Below, in pieces: positions 61,099-64,000 of a stretch of DNA of 64,000 nt (position 1 is its first letter; every line of letters starts with the position of its first letter). The notes beneath the pieces were generated by a model that was not told where the DNA came from, ran no database searches, and worked only from the letters and a program-made list of their open reading frames with translations. A program made the position numbers and the translations under genes. The stretch lies in sequence record PZ445431.1. The stretch is one strand, 5' to 3'. This stretch comes from a phage.

Positions 61099-61376
61099 GA
61101 ACCATTATGACTGTCCCGATAAGATCCATTACTTCATCAAAGCCGGATTCTTCTAGTAAGAAGGATGTTCCCATCACGTCTTCTATTGTATCTTCTATGA
61201 CGTCTTGAATGATTTCATCAATTGCATCATGTATTGCTTTTTATTCCTGGGATTTATTTCAAAGTTAACAGGTTCCTGAAAGGACTTTTCTTCATCTTGC
61301 ATTGTGTTTGCTACCTGTACCTCATCCCAGAAATAAAAATTTTTGTTTACTTCGAGATCTTTTTACTTTATACTAA

Positions 61377-61643
61377 TTACAAGTGACCAGATTGTTCTAG
61401 TTTAAATTTGCAATCACCATATTTGAGATCAAACTGTGACAAATCCCACCACCCAAACTTAGTGCGTAACTGAGTTTTAGGGAATCGGTAGCCCACAGTA
61501 CGTGCTTCTCGAATATCTAAAGCGTAGTGTTCTTCACCAACATGACCATAAGACTTCACATATGCCTTACAAAATGGCTCGGGAGCTGGCACACAACCCG
61601 TCAACACTACTGCTGCAACTACGATGGCTAGTAACTTTTTCAT
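61377..61643 (-). CDS. llp: lipoprotein, lytic-conversion (Llp-like) candidate
   Basis: Signal peptide with lipobox MKKLLAIVVAAVVLTGC; divergently adjacent to the pb5-like gene, as llp/oad in T5. Confidence 0.65.
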   Translation of the reverse strand: MKKLLAIVVAAVVLTGCVPAPEPFCKAYVKSYGHVGEEHYALDIREARTVGYRFPKTQLRTKFGWWDLSQFDLKYGDCKFKLEQSGHL

Positions 61644-61726
61644 AATCGTTCCTCTGTTTAATTTATAAATATATTATAGCAAAATAGAGGGATCTAAGCA
61701 AATACATTTTTAAAGAAGGAGATTGT

Positions 61727-63508
61727 ATGAGTTTTTTCGCAGGAAAATTTAGTGATGGTAAAACTGTATTATCTCTAAACGCTGCTAATGGTGGTGATAT
61801 AAATCAGCACTACTCTCCAAATACTAATAGTATCTTCCACTCAGATATGCCATTTGTCCTAGTTGATGGGACTTATGAAGCAGCCCTAGGTAACGCAGGT
61901 AATGGATACTTTGTTACTCAGATGCCTTGGGATATTATAAATATTAAATCCAATGATCCGGGTAGAGTTATATTAACTGCTATTGAGATAAACGGTACTC
62001 ATCGTGGATTTCTGAATGGTACTCAATCTCAGGTTGGCCAGTTCTTATCATTCTTTGAAGACCCACCACGTGCTGGTGCTGAATTATCTGTAACATCTGC
62101 TTTTGCGATCGGTGATAGTTTAGCTCATGGTACTTATATCTATAATGGTGGTCTTGGTCATGAGGAATCTATTGCTAGGCAAGGTTCTGGAGGCAGTTTA
62201 CTACAGTCCTCTGGTTTCCAGATCTTTAGACCTGGTGGTGTTTCTGCTGGTGAAGCCATTGCCAGAGCCTGGAGTCTTATGGGTTTTCCAACTGGTGTCT
62301 CTACTGTTCCTTTAGATGGTGGTAACGCAGATTATTGGGAACCTAACTGGCAGGCGCCTATTGGTTCTGCTGGTAGAGGCCATGATTGGTTTTATGTTTG
62401 TAGTTCTAATATTCGTGGCTTCGCAGGTAAAAAAGGCGTACTACCAGATAACGTAAACGTTCTTTACCAATCTCCTGCATACCCAGAAAAAATATATGTT
62501 TGTAGAGGTTCTACTTCTAATATGGCTGCTCAGTCTGCTAGAAAGGTATATGTACAGGACTGGTATAACGTTACGCCAACTAAGGTTATTTGGTATGTGC
62601 TAAATCTGCGCTATTCTAATGGTAGTATGGGAGTTTCTGGTAATCCATTTACCGGTTCAGATATCCTAATATCTCCGTCTAATTTTACTATTAAAGGTGT
62701 TAGCCTACCAAATACAGGCTATAAATTTATTAACCAGAATGCTTTCGGAAACTTAGGCTATCGCCCTGATATGGAGTATGTTGGTAATAACGCTGCGTAT
62801 ACCGGAGTTTTTGGTGATAATACTGCACGATGTGAATTTATCGGCTCTAGTAATGGCGGGTTGTGGTCTCCTGTTAACTATGGGGGTGCAGCTTCTCAAA
62901 TTAGCTTATATAAATTTGGTATAGGTAAACAATGGTATGTAGATACTAATACCAACTCCATTGGTAATGAACATGGACCTGTGTGGAGTCCTAGTACTGT
63001 ACCCCTCAGGTTATTCCCAGGCAACGTTGCAAGTACTTATGTAGGGGACGATATAACTCCATCCTACCCTGGTGCTGGTGACTTCTACACACCTTTGGCC
63101 ACAGTTTGGTTGGGATTACCAAATGCTCACTCTACTGTTATATTAACTACTGAAGTTATTATGGGTAATCTTAATACTGCTGGAATGCCTGTGCGTACTT
63201 ACGGCGGTAGCGCTTGGCAGGTACAAGGTAGACGTCAACAAAGTTATACAGCTGGTGATGGTGTATTCCACCAGATTCTTACTCTGCCACCTGGATATCT
63301 AGTACCTTATCACAGTACAACTTCCTATAGTTATATACAGACTTGGGCTAGTAGGCCTGATGAGTTTGCTTTCCGTAGGAACGGATATATTTATACTATT
63401 AAAAACCTTGGTAATGGCAACGTTGAGTTGGGTGTTATCATTCACGCTGCAGAAGCGGCAGCTGTTTTCTTGCCAAGACTACGTGTAACAGTTCAACGCC
63501 TAACCTAA
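61727..63508 (+). CDS. oad: receptor-binding tail protein, pb5-like
   Basis: 593 aa; N-terminus [41 protein letters not shown] follows the T5 pb5 N-terminal pattern as I recall it; divergent from llp-like gene. Confidence 0.65.
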   Translation: MSFFAGKFSDGKTVLSLNAANGGDINQHYSPNTNSIFHSDMPFVLVDGTYEAALGNAGNGYFVTQMPWDIINIKSNDPGRVILTAIEINGTHRGFLNGTQSQVGQFLSFFEDPPRAGAELSVTSAFAIGDSLAHGTYIYNGGLGHEESIARQGSGGSLLQSSGFQIFRPGGVSAGEAIARAWSLMGFPTGVSTVPLDGGNADYWEPNWQAPIGSAGRGHDWFYVCSSNIRGFAGKKGVLPDNVNVLYQSPAYPEKIYVCRGSTSNMAAQSARKVYVQDWYNVTPTKVIWYVLNLRYSNGSMGVSGNPFTGSDILISPSNFTIKGVSLPNTGYKFINQNAFGNLGYRPDMEYVGNNAAYTGVFGDNTARCEFIGSSNGGLWSPVNYGGAASQISLYKFGIGKQWYVDTNTNSIGNEHGPVWSPSTVPLRLFPGNVASTYVGDDITPSYPGAGDFYTPLATVWLGLPNAHSTVILTTEVIMGNLNTAGMPVRTYGGSAWQVQGRRQQSYTAGDGVFHQILTLPPGYLVPYHSTTSYSYIQTWASRPDEFAFRRNGYIYTIKNLGNGNVELGVIIHAAEAAAVFLPRLRVTVQRLT

Positions 63509-63518
63509 AGGAGGATAT

Positions 63519-64000
63519 ATGGCAAATGATGTATTAGTTCCCGATCTCATGTCTCCCGAAGGCATGGATGTTATTGAAGCCTATTTACAGTGCGGTAGTG
63601 ATGTTCCTGCCGCCGCTCGTAGTCTTGGAATGTCCGAGATTGCATTCCGTGATATAATGAATCGTGGGGAAGTTAAAAACTATCTCAACGATATCTTTAT
63701 GGAAAGTGGCTTCCGTAATCGTGACCGCTTATTCGGAGTTCTTGACGAAGTTATCAAGCGTAAGCTGGAAGAACTTGAAGAAACTGGCATGGGTTCTGAC
63801 CAGGATATCATGGATATTCTCTGGAAGGCGCACAAGATGAAGATGGAAGAAATGAAAATGATGGTAGAACTGGAGAAAGTGAAGGCAGCAGCCCGTACTC
63901 CGGCTAACCAGACTAATATTCAGAATAATATTATTGCTGGAAGTGGTGACGAAAACTATATGAATCTTATTACCGCTCTAGCAGGAGGAGGTAAGAGATA
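63519..64000 (+). CDS. putative terminase small subunit-like protein, partial (3' end beyond window)
   Basis: AGGAGGA RBS; N-terminal helix-turn-helix-like segment ([21 protein letters not shown]) and charged coiled-coil region. Confidence 0.4.
   Translation, partial: MANDVLVPDLMSPEGMDVIEAYLQCGSDVPAAARSLGMSEIAFRDIMNRGEVKNYLNDIFMESGFRNRDRLFGVLDEVIKRKLEELEETGMGSDQDIMDILWKAHKMKMEEMKMMVELEKVKAAARTPANQTNIQNNIIAGSGDENYMNLITALAGGGKR

Noticed and set aside
60986-61177. 63 aa minus-strand ORF overlapping 60913..61098
   Set aside because: Two overlapping frames cannot both be real; the tail-anchored membrane ORF was kept at low confidence.

Overview
This window reads as a T5-like (Tequintavirus-type) virulent coliphage genome segment, apparently from an assembly with the terminal repeat collapsed and in reverse orientation to the usual T5 map. 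All calls are from reading the sequence and motifs by eye; no searches or folding programs were run.

Layout:
- 1-49.4 kb: early region, almost all on the + strand. It holds a nucleotide-metabolism cluster (nrdD, phoH, nrdA, nrdB, dihydrofolate reductase, thymidylate synthase, RNase H, dNMP kinase), a NadR-like/PnuC NAD-salvage pair, holin and L-Ala-D-Glu endolysin, a Ser/Thr phosphatase, and four paralogous HNH-AP2 homing endonucleases.
- 18.3-30.2 kb: about 23 tRNA or tRNA-like genes interleaved with small ORFs and endonuclease genes; several have non-canonical anticodon loops by eye.
- Throughout: more than 25 copies of a stereotyped T5-type early promoter plus conserved leader, and many hairpin terminators.
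- 49.4-61.3 kb: a compositionally distinct block that matches the T5 pre-early (first-step-transfer) region, with dmp-like and A1-like genes.
- 61.4-64.0 kb: lipoprotein (Llp-like), pb5-like receptor-binding protein, and a partial terminase-small-subunit-like ORF.

The most likely undescribed system is in the 49.4-61.3 kb block: a 1.5 kb ORF-free leader packed with iterons and DnaA boxes, a leftward operon of unknown proteins bracketed by DnaA-box inverted repeats, and a 406 bp two-ORF cassette flanked by a 37 bp near-perfect inverted repeat. Other notable items are promoter-driven ORF-free segments (candidate ncRNAs), a frameshifted metallophosphoesterase, and accessory genes (Sir2-like, HslV-like, ClpP-like, receiver-like, GrcA-like, SPFH).
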